The position numbers and the translations under genes were made by a program. From the human T2T-CHM13v2.0 reference genome, Homo sapiens, in the NCBI RefSeq assembly GCF_009914755.1, contig NC_060947.1: 64,000 nt of DNA; one strand, 5' to 3'. The notes under the pieces were generated by a model, which did no database searches, was not told where the DNA came from, and was given only the letters and a program-made list of their open reading frames with translations. Below, piece by piece: positions 39,483 to 52,750 of this stretch. Each line of letters starts with the position of its first letter. The stretch's first letter is position 1.

Positions 39483-42400
39483 ATGATAAGTAGAATAGTA
39501 CCTCATACCTCAATGCTAACATTGAATGTAAATGGCCTAAATGCTCCACTTAAAAAATACAGAATGGCAGAACAGATAAGAATTCACCAACCAAGTTTCT
39601 GCTGTCTTCAGGAGACTCACCTAACACATAAGGACTCACATAAACTTAAAAAAAAAAAAAAAGTAAAGGGCTGGAAAAAGATATCCCATGCAAATGGACA
39701 CCAAAAGCAAGCAGGAGTAGCTATTCTTATATCAGACAAAACAAATTTTAAAGCAACACAGTTAAAGAAAACAAAGAAGGACATTATATAATGATAAAAG
39801 TACTAGTCCAAGAGGAAAATATCAAAATTCTAAATATATATGCACCTAACACTGGAGCTCCCAAATTTATAAAACAATTACTACTAGACATGAGAAATGA
39901 GATAGACAATAAGACAATAATAGTGGAGGACTTCAATACTCCACTGACAGCACTAGACAGGTCATCAAGACAGAAAGTCAACAAAGGAACAATGGACTTA
40001 AACTATACCCTAAAACGAATGGACTTAACAGATATTTACAGAACATCCTACCCAACAACTGTGGAATATACATTCTATTTACCAGCACATGGAACATTCT
40101 CCAAGATAGACCATATGATAGACCACAAAACAAGTCTCAGTAAATGTAAGAAAATCATCAAAATTATACCAAGTAATCTCAGACCACAGTGAAAAAAAAT
40201 TGGAAATCAACTCCAAAAGGCACCCTCAAAACCATGCAAATACATGGAAATTAAATAACCTGCTCCTGAACGATCATTGGGTCAACAATGAAATCAAGAT
40301 GGAAATTAAACCATTCTTTGAACTGAACAATAATAGTGACACAACCTATGAAAACCTCTGGGATACAGCAAAAGTGATGCTAAGAGGAAAGTTCGTAGCA
40401 TTAAATGCCTACATCAAAAAGTCTGAAAGAGCACAAGCGGACAATCTAAGGTCATGCCTCATGGAACTGGGGAAAAAAAAACAACCTGAACCCAAACCCA
40501 GGAGAAGAAAAGAAATAACAAAGGAGAGAAGATTCAAATAAGCTCAATTAGAAACAAAACGGGAAATATTACAACTGATACTACACAAATACAAAAGATT
40601 ACTCAAGGCTACTGTAAACACCTTATGCACATAAACTAGAAAACCTAGAGGAGATGGATAAATTCCTGGAAATATACAACCCTCCTAGACTAAACAAGGA
40701 AGATATAGAATCTCTGAACAGATCAATAACAAGCAACAAGATTAAAATTGTAATTTTAAAAATTGCCAAAAAAAAGTCCAGGACCAGATGGATTTATAGC
40801 TGAATTCTATCAGACATTGAAAGAATTGGCACCAATTCTATTGACACTATTTCAAAAGACAGAGAAAGAGGGAATCCTCCCTAAATCATTTTATGAAGCC
40901 AATATCACCCTAATACCAAAAACCAGGAAACAACATAACAAAAAAAAGGAAAACTACAGATCAATATCCCTGATGAACATAGATGCTAAAATCCTCAACA
41001 AAATACTAGCTATTCAAATCCAACAGCATATCGAAAAGATAATCCACCATGTCAAGTGGGTTTCATACCAGGGATGCAGGGATGGTTTAACATACATAAG
41101 TCAATAAATATGAAACATGATATAAATAGAATTAAAAAACAAAAATCACATGATCATATCAAAAGATTCAGAAAAAGCATTTGACAAAATCCAGTACCCC
41201 TTTATGACTAAAATCCTCAGCAAAATTGGCATAAAAGGGACATATCTTAAGGTAATAAAAGCCATCTATGACAAACCCACAGCCAACATTATATTGAATG
41301 GGTAAAAGTTGAAAGCATTCCCGCTGAGAACTGGAACAAGACAAGGATGCCCACTGTAACCATTTCTATTCAGCAAGTCCTAGCAAGAGCAATCAGACAA
41401 GAGAAAGAAATAATGGGCATCCAAATCGATAAAGAGGAAGTCAAACTGTCACTGTTTACTGATGATATAATTGTATACCCCAAAAACCCTAAAAACTCAT
41501 CCAAAAAGCTCCTAGCATAGGTAAATGAATTCAGGAAAGTTTCAGGATACAAAATTAATGTACAAAAATCAGTAGCTCTGCTACACACCAACAGCGACCA
41601 AGCTGAGAATCAAATCAAGAACTCAACCCCTTTCACAATAGCTGAAAAAATACCCAGAATACTTAGGAATATCCCTAACCAAGGACGTGAAAGACCTCTA
41701 CAAGGAAAACTACAAAACACTGCTGAAAGAAATCATAGATAACACAAACAAATGGAAACACATTCCATGCTCTTGGACGGGTAGAATTAATATTGTGAAA
41801 ATGATCATACTGACAAAAGCAATCTACAAACTCAATGTCATTCCCATCAAAATACCACAATCATTCTTCGCAGAACTAGAAAAATCAATGCTAAAATTCA
41901 TATGGAACCAAAAAACAGCCCACATAGCCAAAGCAAGACTAAGCAAAAAGAACAAATCCGGAGGCATCACATTACCTGACTTCAAAATTTACTATAAGGC
42001 CATAGTCACCAAAACAGCATGGTACCGGTATAAAAATAGGAACATAGACCAATGGAACAGAATAGAGAATCCAGAAATAAACCCAAAGACTTACAACCAA
42101 CTGATTTTCAACAAAACAAACAAAAACATAAAGTGGGGAAAGGACGCTCTATTCAACAAACGGTGCTGGAATAATTGGAAGGCCACATGCAGAATTGAAA
42201 CTGGATCCTCATCTCCCACCTTATACAAAAATCAACTCAAGATGGATCAAAGACTTAAATCTAAGACCTGAAACCATAAATATTCTAGAAGATAACATCG
42301 GAAAAACTCCTCCAGACATTGGCTTAGTCAAAGATTCATGACCAAGAACCCAAAAGCAAATGCACCATAAACAATGATAAATAGATGGGACTTAATTAAA

Positions 42401-43170
42401 CTAAAAAGCTTCTGCACAGCAAAAGAAATAATCAGCAGAGTTAACAGGCAACTCACAGAGTGGCAGAAAATCTTCACAATCTATACATCCTACAAGGACT
42501 AATATCCAGAATCTACAAAGAACACAAACAAATCAGCAAGAGAAAAACAAATAGTCCCATCAAAAAGGGGGCATGAATAGACAATTCTCAAAGAAGATAT
42601 GCAAATGGCCAACAAGCATATGGAAAAAATGCTCAACATCACTAATTTTCAGGGAAATGCAAATCAAAACCACTATGGGATACCACCTCACTCCTGCAAG
42701 GATGGCCATAATAAAAAATATAATAGATGTTGGCCTGGATGCAGTGAAAATGGAGCACTTTTACACTGTTGTTGGGAATGTAAACTAGTACAACCACTAC
42801 GGAAAACAGTGGAAATTCCTTAAAGAACTAAAAGTAGATCTACCATTTTATACAGCAATCCCACTACTAGGTATCTACCCAAAGGAAAATAAGTCATTAT
42901 ATGAGAAAGATACTTGAATACACATGTTTATAGTAGCACAATTTGCAATTGTAAAAATATGGAACCAGCCCAAATGCACATCAATCAATGAGTGGATAAA
43001 GAAAATGTGATATATGTAACCATGGAATATACATCATGGAGTACTACTCAGCCATAAAAAGGGATGAAATAATGGTATTCACAGCAACCTGGATGGAAGT
43101 GGAGACTATTATTTTAAGTAAAGTAACTCAGGAATGGAAAACCAAACATCATATGTTTTCACTCTTAAGT
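39483..43170 (+). pseudogene. Disrupted L1 ORF2p (endonuclease plus reverse transcriptase)
   Basis: EN motifs TLNVNGLN, CCLQETHL, NIYAPN; KSPGPDGF and [18 protein letters not shown]; LFTDD (degenerate FADD) near 41452-41466; many frameshifts and an internal deletion near 40523. Confidence 0.92.
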
Positions 43171-43413
43171 GGGAGCTAAGCCATGTGGACACAAAGGCCT
43201 AAGAATGATACATTAGACTTTGGGGACTCGGGGGAAGTGGTCTGGGGTGGCAAGGGATAAAAGACTACACATTGGGTACAGTGTACACTTATTGAGTGAT
43301 GGGTGCACCAAAACCTCTGAAATCACCACTAAAGAACTTATTCATGTAACCAAACGTCACCTGTTTCTCTAAAACCTATTGAAATAAAAATAATGAAAAT
43401 AATAAAATAAAAA

Positions 43414-43740
43414 TGAACCATACAGAGGATGGAAGGCATAGAGATAATCATTGCACCTAAAGAAGAGGCAGAGCAAATGGAAAAGAATCAAGAAGTAAAG
43501 ATACAAAGAAGAAAGCTTTCCTGAGATGAATAATGGCTTAAGTCAGCAGACGGAAAGGCTCACTAGACACCAGACTAAATTTACTTTCAAGTGACTAATT
43601 TCTAAACACATACAGATGATATTTTTTTAACTTATGCAAATAAAGTAAAAAATCTTATAGGTATCCAGACGTGTTTTTATTTTTTCAAAAAGCTATTTGT
43701 CCACAAACAAAATCAGCCTTATCTCAGCTTTCTCCCCTGT
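43414..43740 (+). mobile_element. Very old L1 ORF1-like (HAL1-type) remnant
   Basis: gaagaaagctttcctgagatgaa...gaaaggctcac...aaaatcagccttatctcagctttctcc. Confidence 0.5.
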
Positions 43741-43915
43741 GAAACTGTGAATATGAATGGACTACATGTTGACTCTAAGACACACATGTAAAACCAAGTG
43801 ATTCAGAAATACTAAAAGTAAATGAATAGATAATAATGAACCAAGCAAATACAAATAAAATGAAATCTGAGTTGTCAAAATTAACATACAAGGCAAAAAG
43901 TAGAATCCAAAGCAA

Positions 43916-44113
43916 GACACAGGGTGGGGAACATCATACATCGGGGCCTGTAGTGGGGTGGGGGGAGGGGGGAGGGATAGCATGAGAAGATATACCTAAT
44001 GTAAATGACGAGTTAATGGGTGCAGCACACGAACATGGCACATGTATACATATGTAACAAACCTGCACGTTGTGCACATGTACCCTAGAGCTTAAAGTAT
44101 AATTAAAAAAAAA
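43916..44113 (+). mobile_element. 5'-truncated L1PA4/5-like 3' end
   Basis: gacacagggtggggaacatc...G-rich tract...atatacctaatgtaaatgacgagttaatgggtgcagc...aaagtataat plus poly-A. Confidence 0.92.
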
Positions 44114-45258
44114 GAAAAAGATAAAGAAATAATGTTTATTTAAAATTGTTTCATGATTCTGATTCTCATAGTTATCAAATAATATAACTATTATAACTAA
44201 CTAAATAATATAACTCATAACTATTATTTGTTAACATAGCTAACAAATAATAATGTGTCAAATAATATAAGACTGAAATAGGTAAATAGTAATCAAAATA
44301 TAAAATGCATTTTATTTATATTGATAACCAAAAACAAAATATATTTTAGCCAAAAACAGTTTAGAAACATCTATGGAGAAAAGTACAAATTTTAAGTGGA
44401 AAATACAAAAAAATCATAAAAAGAAAAATTATTTTCCACAATGAAAAGACCTTGTATTAAAAACATGTTAATTCTTCCCAGACATGTAAATTTGATGCAA
44501 TTCAAATCCAAAGCACATGAATAATTTTTGAGCCTTCACAACATGTTTTTGAAGTTTACATTAAAAAAAGGATGAATTTGCACTACTATACAATGAATCA
44601 GATTACATGATTTTGACAACAGAAAGAGCAGAAATAGACATATCAATGAAACAAACTGGAAAGCCCAAGAGGGTGAACCAGCATATTTAAATATTTGGTA
44701 TATAATAACAGCGGCGTTAAAATGTATTTGGGATAGATTATTTAATTATGGTGATGCCATAAATGATGAACATTTTCTAAAAATATAAGGTTAGATTTAC
44801 ATATTGCAAAATGAAGTGATTTCAGGAAAATTTTGCTTATCTGCTGTTTGGATAAGAAGACTTTTCTAAATCTTTACATGAAGAAAGAAACCACATGGAT
44901 AAAACATGACAGATTTAATCACATAAAATTTAAAACATTGCTATGTCAACTAACACCATAAACAAAATTAAAAGGCAAGTAACAAATAAGAAAATATTCA
45001 CAACACATACCAAAAGAAGATAATATATATTATATATAATTTAACATATATTGTTATCTCACAAATCAGTAAGGAAGAATAGTATACATCAATAAACACA
45101 TGAGAAATGGAAATAAACATTTCGTAAAGTAGAAACACACGAAACAAAACACAAATTAAAACAAGACCAACTTGAGAGCTGAAAATCGGTAGCATAATGA
45201 TTGGATTATATTACCCTGTAATTGTGAGAGTAGTGAAATAGGCACTTACGCAATTATT

Positions 45259-45384
45259 CTAATGCTAAATGATGAGTTAATGGGTGCAGCACACCAACAT
45301 GGCACATGTATACATATGTAACAAACCTGCCCATTGTGTACATGTACCCTAAAACTTAAAGTATAATAATAAAATTAAAAAAAA
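45259..45384 (+). mobile_element. 5'-truncated L1PA3-like 3' end
   Basis: ctaatgctaaatgatgagttaatgggtgcagcacacc...ccctaaaacttaaagtataataataaa. Confidence 0.9.
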
Positions 45385-45544
45385 GAAATATAAATTGCAC
45401 AATATTTTTGAAAGGCAAGTTGTTATATGTACCCACCACCCCAAAAAAGGGCAAAAATGTGTTTATCTTTGGGCCCGCAGTGCAATTCCTAGGAATTTAT
45501 GAAGAAGAAATAATGAGACATTCTTAAAAGAGTTATGCTATAAT

Positions 45545-45800
45545 GGTAGTAATAATAATCCTCAATATTTATTGAGAGCTTGTAATATACTAGGCACGGT
45601 GCTAGGCATGATCTCTTTAATGTCCGTGACAAACTTATAAGGTTGTTAATATTTGCAGTTCCATTTCACAGATGAACAGCTTGAGGGTTAGATAAGTTAA
45701 GTGACTTGTCAAGATCACAATGCCAGTCAGTGAGCGACAAATCCAGGATTCAAACGCAGACCCATGTAATTCCAGAGCCTGAACTTTTGAACTATCCCCC
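45545..45800 (-). mobile_element. MIR SINE
   Basis: ccatttcacagatgaacagcttgaggg...gttaagtgacttgtcaagatcaca...ccaggattcaaac. Confidence 0.85.
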
Positions 45801-46059
45801 TATTGTTGTAAATAATTTAGTACTTAATAAATTATGATTTATGCATATGAAATAATGCCATATGGCCTTTAAAGTTATAGTGCATATTAGGTAATAACAG
45901 GAATATGCTCATAATTTACTGTTAAGTGAAAATGTTTTACATTTTAGAGCACATATTTTAAAATGTATACCATTCTAACTATACAATAACAAATAATGCC
46001 TATATTTTTGCCTTTGGATAATAATGGAAAAAGTAGACAAGACCAAGCTTGCTCTGTTC

Positions 46060-46362
46060 ATTTTTCACACTACAGTGGGCTCATGCTTCTGACACAATGC
46101 AGGCAGCTGAGATCACACCCACTGTGAGCAGGCAGCTGAGATCATTGGTAGTGGCTTCCTTGGAATCCCCATGTATCCATGTATTCTGAAAGCAGTCTCT
46201 TGACATCCTTTACCAGAGACTTTACAGTGGTTATGTAAGCTTTTAATTCCCTGAATTATTCTCTCTCTGTATCTCCATGTATGTATGTAAAATATTCAGA
46301 GTGATTTCTGCTTTTTTGAATGGACACTGATTAATACAGGATTTAGTATTAGGAGATGGTGA
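46060..46362 (+). mobile_element. Old ERVL-class LTR 3' part plus start of internal region
   Basis: LTR-end motif agagtgatttctgctttt...acactgattaataca followed by ggatttagtattaggagatggt, resembling the ERVL internal start gattttggtaccaggagtgg. Confidence 0.5.
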
Positions 46363-47344
46363 TAAACACCTGCTAAGTGATACCAAAGGCACCATAATCT
46401 CCTGAAAGGGATTTTACATTGTTGTATAGAATAACGTTCAGTTTTTCCTTAAGTTTCTCATTAGCAGTACCTCTGTGTTTCACTAATAACAGGTCTGTAC
46501 TAACACCTATAAAGAAAAAAATGTACTAGTGCTAATCGACCCTATGAACTTAAACAAAATAATAATCCACTCAGAAGAGATGTACCTGGACAGAGGTGTT
46601 GAATTTGAGTGTCTTCAAGACCCTGCTAAGAAGGGCAATTGGTTTTACTCCACTGAAGTTTGCAATAAATAGAACTGGTTTATTTCTTATAATAATTAAT
46701 CATTGTTATTATTTATAGAAAACGTATTAAAATGAAATTAAATTGAATGTCAGATTAAGCAGAATTCAAACTGTGTCAAGTTTAAAGCATAGAATAAAGG
46801 GCCAAAAGAGAACAGCAGTGTGAGATTGTAATAATAATAATACCTTGGATTTATATAGCTCTCATCCTCCCACAAGCGCAATGTGAATGTGAACAGCATA
46901 TATAAGTAGAGGAAGAAGTAAATGCAGTTTGGGTTTCTCAAGTCTGGATTTAAAAAGCTCTGACGGAAGAGACTAGCAAATGGAAAATCAAAATCTTAAG
47001 ACCAATTTGAAAAAGCTCCTCATGGAAACACATATTTCAAATATTTGTTTGCCATTCCTGTTAAAGGGGCAGGATTCTCAAAATAAAGCTGAGATTTGTA
47101 TGTCAGAGATGGGAATCAAAATAAATGAACAAATAAAAGATAACATATTAGTGTAATCATCCCTCAGGTATGATAATTAAAATGTGAGCTCGTCCATAAA
47201 ATTTTCCTAAATTGCCTCAGCTACAAGTGATCTCTGAACTCCTGAAGAGTTTCACATCAGTTTCATGGGCGACAAACTACAAACTTCACACAGTTCACCT
47301 TGTAATAGAATTATTTATGTCTATTTCCTAGATCTCTCACCAGA

Positions 47345-47500
47345 CCACTAGTTCTCAAACATAGTGTTCTTTAGAATCACTGTAAAAATGCATTTAAGAA
47401 CTAGATTTGGGTGCCTTATTCTCAGAGATTCTGATTCAGGGAGTCTTGGATGGGCCCAGGAACATGCATTTTTATATGCTCTTCTGGTAGTCTGGTATGG
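47345..47500. mobile_element. MER5A MITE nested in an L2 3' end (about 47200-47660)
   Basis: gttctcaaac...tagaatcac...cagagattctgattcaggg...gggcccaggaacatgcattttta. Confidence 0.8.
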
Positions 47501-47701
47501 ATACTTCATGTCTAGACTGTAACTCCTTTGAGGGCAGGGACCTTGCTCCATGTCACAACATCATCCATCACATCATTCATATCATTGAAGCATTTTATAC
47601 AATGCTATGCGTATAATAGCTTGCTCAGTAAGTATTCATACAATGTATGAATAAACGTGAAATAACTAAATGTACAAGGTTATCTATGTAAAGGATAAAA
47701 G

Positions 47702-48095
<394 letters not shown>

Positions 48096-48349
48096 CTATA
48101 TGGAAGTTTTCCTGTAGGCAACTTCCTACAGGATTCTGAAGAAAAAGAATTCTGAAGAAAAAGAGGGTATTTATAACAGGAAAACAAAAGGCAGGGAAGG
48201 CAGAAGAACAAATAATAATATAGAGGTAAAAATATATGGGATATGTTTAGGAAATAGTCATTAGAAATTCCTATGTCTATATTTCTTCCTTTTTTAAAGT
48301 CAGAAGTTACAGGTCCCCTTTAATTTAATACATGATCAACAGGTTTTCA

Positions 48350-48830
48350 CTCTGCTCTTCTCCTATAAAAACCTACTGATTTGCCTTATAATAATGTCCC
48401 AAGTGTCTTCATTTTAAAAATTCAAATTCCTTGGCATGAGAGACACAGCCCTTCACGACCCAGTCCTTCCGTATATTTATCCTCCCAAATACACACATGT
48501 GTATGCATGTTTGTGTACATATGCATGTACACAGACACACACACACACACACACATACACTCAATTACCTGCTTTTGAATTTCACTAAACTGCCTGCAGT
48601 TCTTAAAGATATAGTGGCTCTGTGCTTTTTCTCCTCCCATACACTACCTCGTAGCCATAGTAACTCTTCGCTTCAAAACTAAAATCAGGATCACATCATC
48701 TAAGACCTATTCTTTGACCACACATCAAGGTTCCTCCCAGCACTGGATTAAAGTTCTTCCTCGATGCTGCCATAGCTTTCTGTGCAACCTCAATAGTATC
48801 ACATGTTACATTGTATTATAATTTAATCCA
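48350..48830 (+). mobile_element. L2 fragment with embedded (CA)n
   Basis: aaattcaaattccttggcatgag...gcttcaaaactaaaatcaggatcacatc. Confidence 0.6.
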
Positions 48831-48909
48831 ACTTTTTTTCTACAAATTTATTTTCCTACACGAACACAGAAAAATACGGTAGAATATCTACAACTTGAAC
48901 AATCCTCTC

Positions 48910-49325
48910 TGTGGTAGGAAGACCTTCATTGCCCCCAGTAATGCCCATTTCCTGGTATTTGTGCCTTTGTGTGATCCCTTACCCTTGAATGTGGGATGAT
49001 TTATGGGCTTTTTGTAATGAGTAGAATACAGCAGAAGTTATAGGATTCCACTTTCAAGACTAGGTTATAAAAAGACTGTGGCTTCCATCTTGGGTATTCT
49101 CACATATTCTCTCTCTCCTTTCCAGTTGACGTGTTTTGAGAACACTTAGGTCCATGTGATGAGAAACCAAGGCCTGCCAGCAATCACATAAATGAGCTTG
49201 GAAGCCAATCTTTTCAGTCCAGGCAACATCTTTGTGAAATTAGAAGCAAATTCTCTAGTCCATGTCAAGTCTTGATATGATTACTGCTCTAACCAATGAC
49301 TTGGCTGTAACCTTATAAGAGACCT
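48910..49325 (+). mobile_element. MLT1F-like MaLR LTR, 3'-truncated
   Basis: tgtggtagg...cccttgaatgtgggat...gactaggttataaaaagactgtggcttccatcttgg...aaccttataagagacc. Confidence 0.75.
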
Positions 49326-52151
49326 CCAATACAATTTTGAATACAAGTGGCAAGAGTAGACACCCTTGTCTTGTTCTTGATCTCGGAAGGAAAGTATTCA
49401 GTCTTTCACTATCAAGTACGGATTTACCTGTGGGCTTTTCACAGATACGCTTTATCACATTCAGAAAATGTCCTTCTATCCTCATTAGATGAATGTTTTT
49501 TACCCATGAAAGGGTGTTGAATTTTGTCAAACACCTTTCTGCATCTACTGAGATAATCATGAGGGTTTTGTTTTTAGTTTATTGATATGACGTTTTACAT
49601 TAATTGATTTTTGGATGTTAAACTTTTCGTTGCTGGGACAAATTCCATGTGATCATGTATGTAATTCTGTTTATATGTAGCTGTATTCAGTTTCCTAGCA
49701 TCTTATTGATTTTTGCATCAACATTTATTAAGAGATATTGGTCTATAGTTTTCTTGTGATATCTTTGGCTGGTTTTGGTACCAGGATAACACTGGCCTCA
49801 TATAATGAATTTGGAGTTATTCCCACCTGTTCTACTCTATTGGAAAAGTTTGTAAGAATTAATAATAATTCTTCGTTAAACTGTTGGTAGAATTCAGCAG
49901 TAAAGCCTCCTGGGTCTGGGCTTTTATGTGTAAGTAGTTTTTGACAACTAATTTAATGTTCTTGTTATATGTTATATATCTATTTGAGTCTTTTTCTTAG
50001 TCAATCTAGCTAAAGTTATGTCAACTTTGTTGATCTTTCAAAGAACCAATTTTTTTATATTATTGATTTTCTCTACTGTTTTTCTATCCAAATTTTATTA
50101 ATTCCTGATCTAATATTTATTATTTATCTCATTATGCTTGCTTTAGATTTAGTTTGCTCTTCTTTTTACTATTTGAAGTAATTTTCTTAGCCCAATATAG
50201 CTTTGCTCCCACCCACTTCCTTTGTGCTGTCATTCGCAAATATATTCCATTTCTGTATATTATAGGCCCAAAGAAACACATTATACAACTATTGTTTTAT
50301 GCATTTTTTAATTGGTTAAGAGAAGAAATGTGCATTTATTGTATATTCTATAATTACATAATTACCTAATCGTGTTCTTTATTTCTTCCTGTGGATTCAA
50401 ATTACTGTCTGGAGTCATTTTCTTCAGCCTGGAGAGTTTCCTTTACTTCTTCTATTGAGGTGAGGCCTGTATGCTAGCAACAAATTGTCTCAGTTTTTGT
50501 TTATGTAGTAATGTCTTTATTTCACCTTCATTTTTGAAAGATAGCTTACTGAATATTGAAATCTTGGTTAACAGTTTGTTTTTCTTTGTGTACTTCAAAT
50601 ATGTTATCTCAATGCCCTCTGGCCTTTAAAGTTTATGACGACAAGTCAGCTTTTAAACTTATTGGGGTTTCCTTGTATATGACAAGTCAATTTATTTTAT
50701 TTATTTATTTATTTTTTGCTGTTTTAAAGATTTTATCCTTGCCCTCACCTTTCAGCTTATTACTGTGATGTGTCTGTTTGTGGATCTCTGCATTTATTTT
50801 ACTTGGAATTTATTAAGTTTCCTGGATGTATAGTTAATTTTTTTAAATAATATTAAATACATATGGGGAGTTTTCAGCCATTATTTCTTCAAATTGTTTT
50901 GTTCCTTTCCCTCGGTCCCCTTTTTCTGGCACTACCATTATGTTTATGTGGCTCTGTTTAATAGTGTCCCATATTTCTCTGAGTCTCTTTTTCTTTATTT
51001 TTTTCATATGTTTTTCAGATTATATAATCTATATTGGTTTATCTTTAAGTTCATTAATTCTTTTTTTCTGGCAGCTTCAAATACACTGCGGGTCAAATAC
51101 TAGAGGATGAGCAACTCTTGTGAATTTTTATTTTAGTTATTGTACTTTTCAGCATTAGAATTTCCACTTGTTTCATTCATATAATTTTTATCTCTGTATT
51201 GATATTCTCTATTTAATATGAGATTGTCATATTTTCCATTACTTCTTTTCTCATTTTTTTAGTTCTTTGAATATATTCATAATCACTATTTTGAAGTCGT
51301 TGTCTGTTAAACCTGGTACCTGGTCACTCTCACATTTTCTGTTGCCTGCCTTTTCTCTGGTATATGAGCCCTACTTCCTTGTTTTATTGTATGTCTCATA
51401 GTTTTGTTGGAAAGTGGACATTTTAGATAATGCATTGTAGGAATTCTGGGTACTGCCTCCCCCAGGTCTTGGTATTTTAATTTGTTTGTTTATTTGTTTA
51501 GGGACTAACTGGATTATTTTAGTGACACCCCTATCATCTCTATCTTTCCAGAGAATAGTAAGCTTCTGATGTTGCTCTCAGGTGGCACAGCTTTGAGTAT
51601 ATCCACATTTACCCTAGGATGACAGTAGTTTTGTCAGGGCTCTATTTGACTGTTTCTTTCTCTGATCAAACCCAGCTATTTGATTGACTCAACTCCACTA
51701 ATTGCCTATTGATTGCTCTATTGCTTTCGTCACTGCCCTGGGACACAAATTGTTCCAAAGACTAATTTAATAAAATTTGGGCTCTCATTGAAGAGATAGT
51801 TTCTGAAATCATTGTTTGAGATTTGTACTAACCCAAGGAAAGCTCCTCCCAGCTGTCTCTTTCACCAGTTCTCCCCAGCAAAGTAGTCAGCCTACGGCTT
51901 TGCCTATATCACTAATGAGTGTACCAATCAACTCCCAGTTGTTTCTCACAATTTCATCTGTTTCTGAAAACACCCTTTAAATTTCAGTCTCTTTCTCAAA
52001 TGAAGTCAGTTCAATTCTTTTGAGAAGAAATTACGAGCTATCTGTTTTTAGGGCCTGTTTTACCTCCAGGAAAAGTTACTGAGCCATGATTCTGGAGCTG
52101 ACTGTAGGGACAATTGCATGCTTCTTTCTCAGTGACACCCCCCATACACAC

Positions 52152-52187
<36 letters not shown>

Positions 52188-52750
52188 TTAGGAGCTGAGT
52201 GCTTGGTGTAGGGGCCAGACAGTAGCCTCTGAATTTTTCAGCTTTCCACTCCCAGCATGCAACCACCATTTTATGAGCTGATAGAAGCGCAATCAGGGCC
52301 CCAGCATTCTCAGTGACATTTCACCAAAATAGAGCTTCTGTTCTATCAGTGAGAGCTGGACAGAAGGGACACCTCAGCTTTCAACTCTGCTCACCAGTAC
52401 ATAATCTCACCAATAGGAAGCTAAAGACAAAATGAAAAATGCTCACGGGAAGACAGTCCACCAACTAGGAGCTGGTGAGAGAGCCCCGTGTTATTGGTTG
52501 CACCAGTCTGGAGTGGAGTCTCCACTGGGAGACTCAGGTTGGGGTGGGGAGATAGCAGGGTATTGGCTGAAATACCACAGACTCTTGCTGATTTTATTGA
52601 GTTTTAGTAGACTTTCTTAAATAAACATTTTTTTCATATGCTGTATGCCCTTAGAACAATTTCCAGAAACTTTAAATGGTTTTTAAAATAATTTTCACTA
52701 GCTCTTTGAAGAGCAGGTCCACAGAGCTCTTTACTATTATACCAGAAATA
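49326..52750 (-). mobile_element. Old L1 (L1MC/L1M4 type), 5' UTR through ORF1 and part of ORF2
   Basis: Antisense ORF 49255-49560 MIISVDAE...RSRTRQGCLLLP (RT motifs); ORF1 remnants about 50550-51330; L1 5'-end-like sequence near 52710-52750; large internal deletion near 50170. Confidence 0.8.
52153..52184. repeat. (AC)16 microsatellite
   Basis: Counted directly. Confidence 0.95.

Larger units (their letters stand above)
37490..43413 (+). mobile_element. Near-full-length L1PB1-like LINE-1 (inactive)
   Basis: L1PB-type 5' UTR, ORF1, ORF2 and L1PB1-type 3' end (attgggtacagtgtacac...gaaatcaccactaaagaacttattcatgtaacc) with A-rich tail. Confidence 0.9.
44270..45990 (+). mobile_element. Old L1 (L1ME-like) ORF2/3' remnants
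   Basis: atgttaattcttccca...aaatttgatgcaattcaaatc, acaaaattaaaaggcaagtaacaaa, gcaattcctaggaatttat; interrupted by L1PA and MIR. Confidence 0.6.

Noticed and set aside
38382-43170. Active LINE-1 or a novel reverse-transcriptase system
   Set aside because: ORF1 and ORF2 are split by many stops, frameshifts and deletions; this is an ordinary dead L1PB1-like copy
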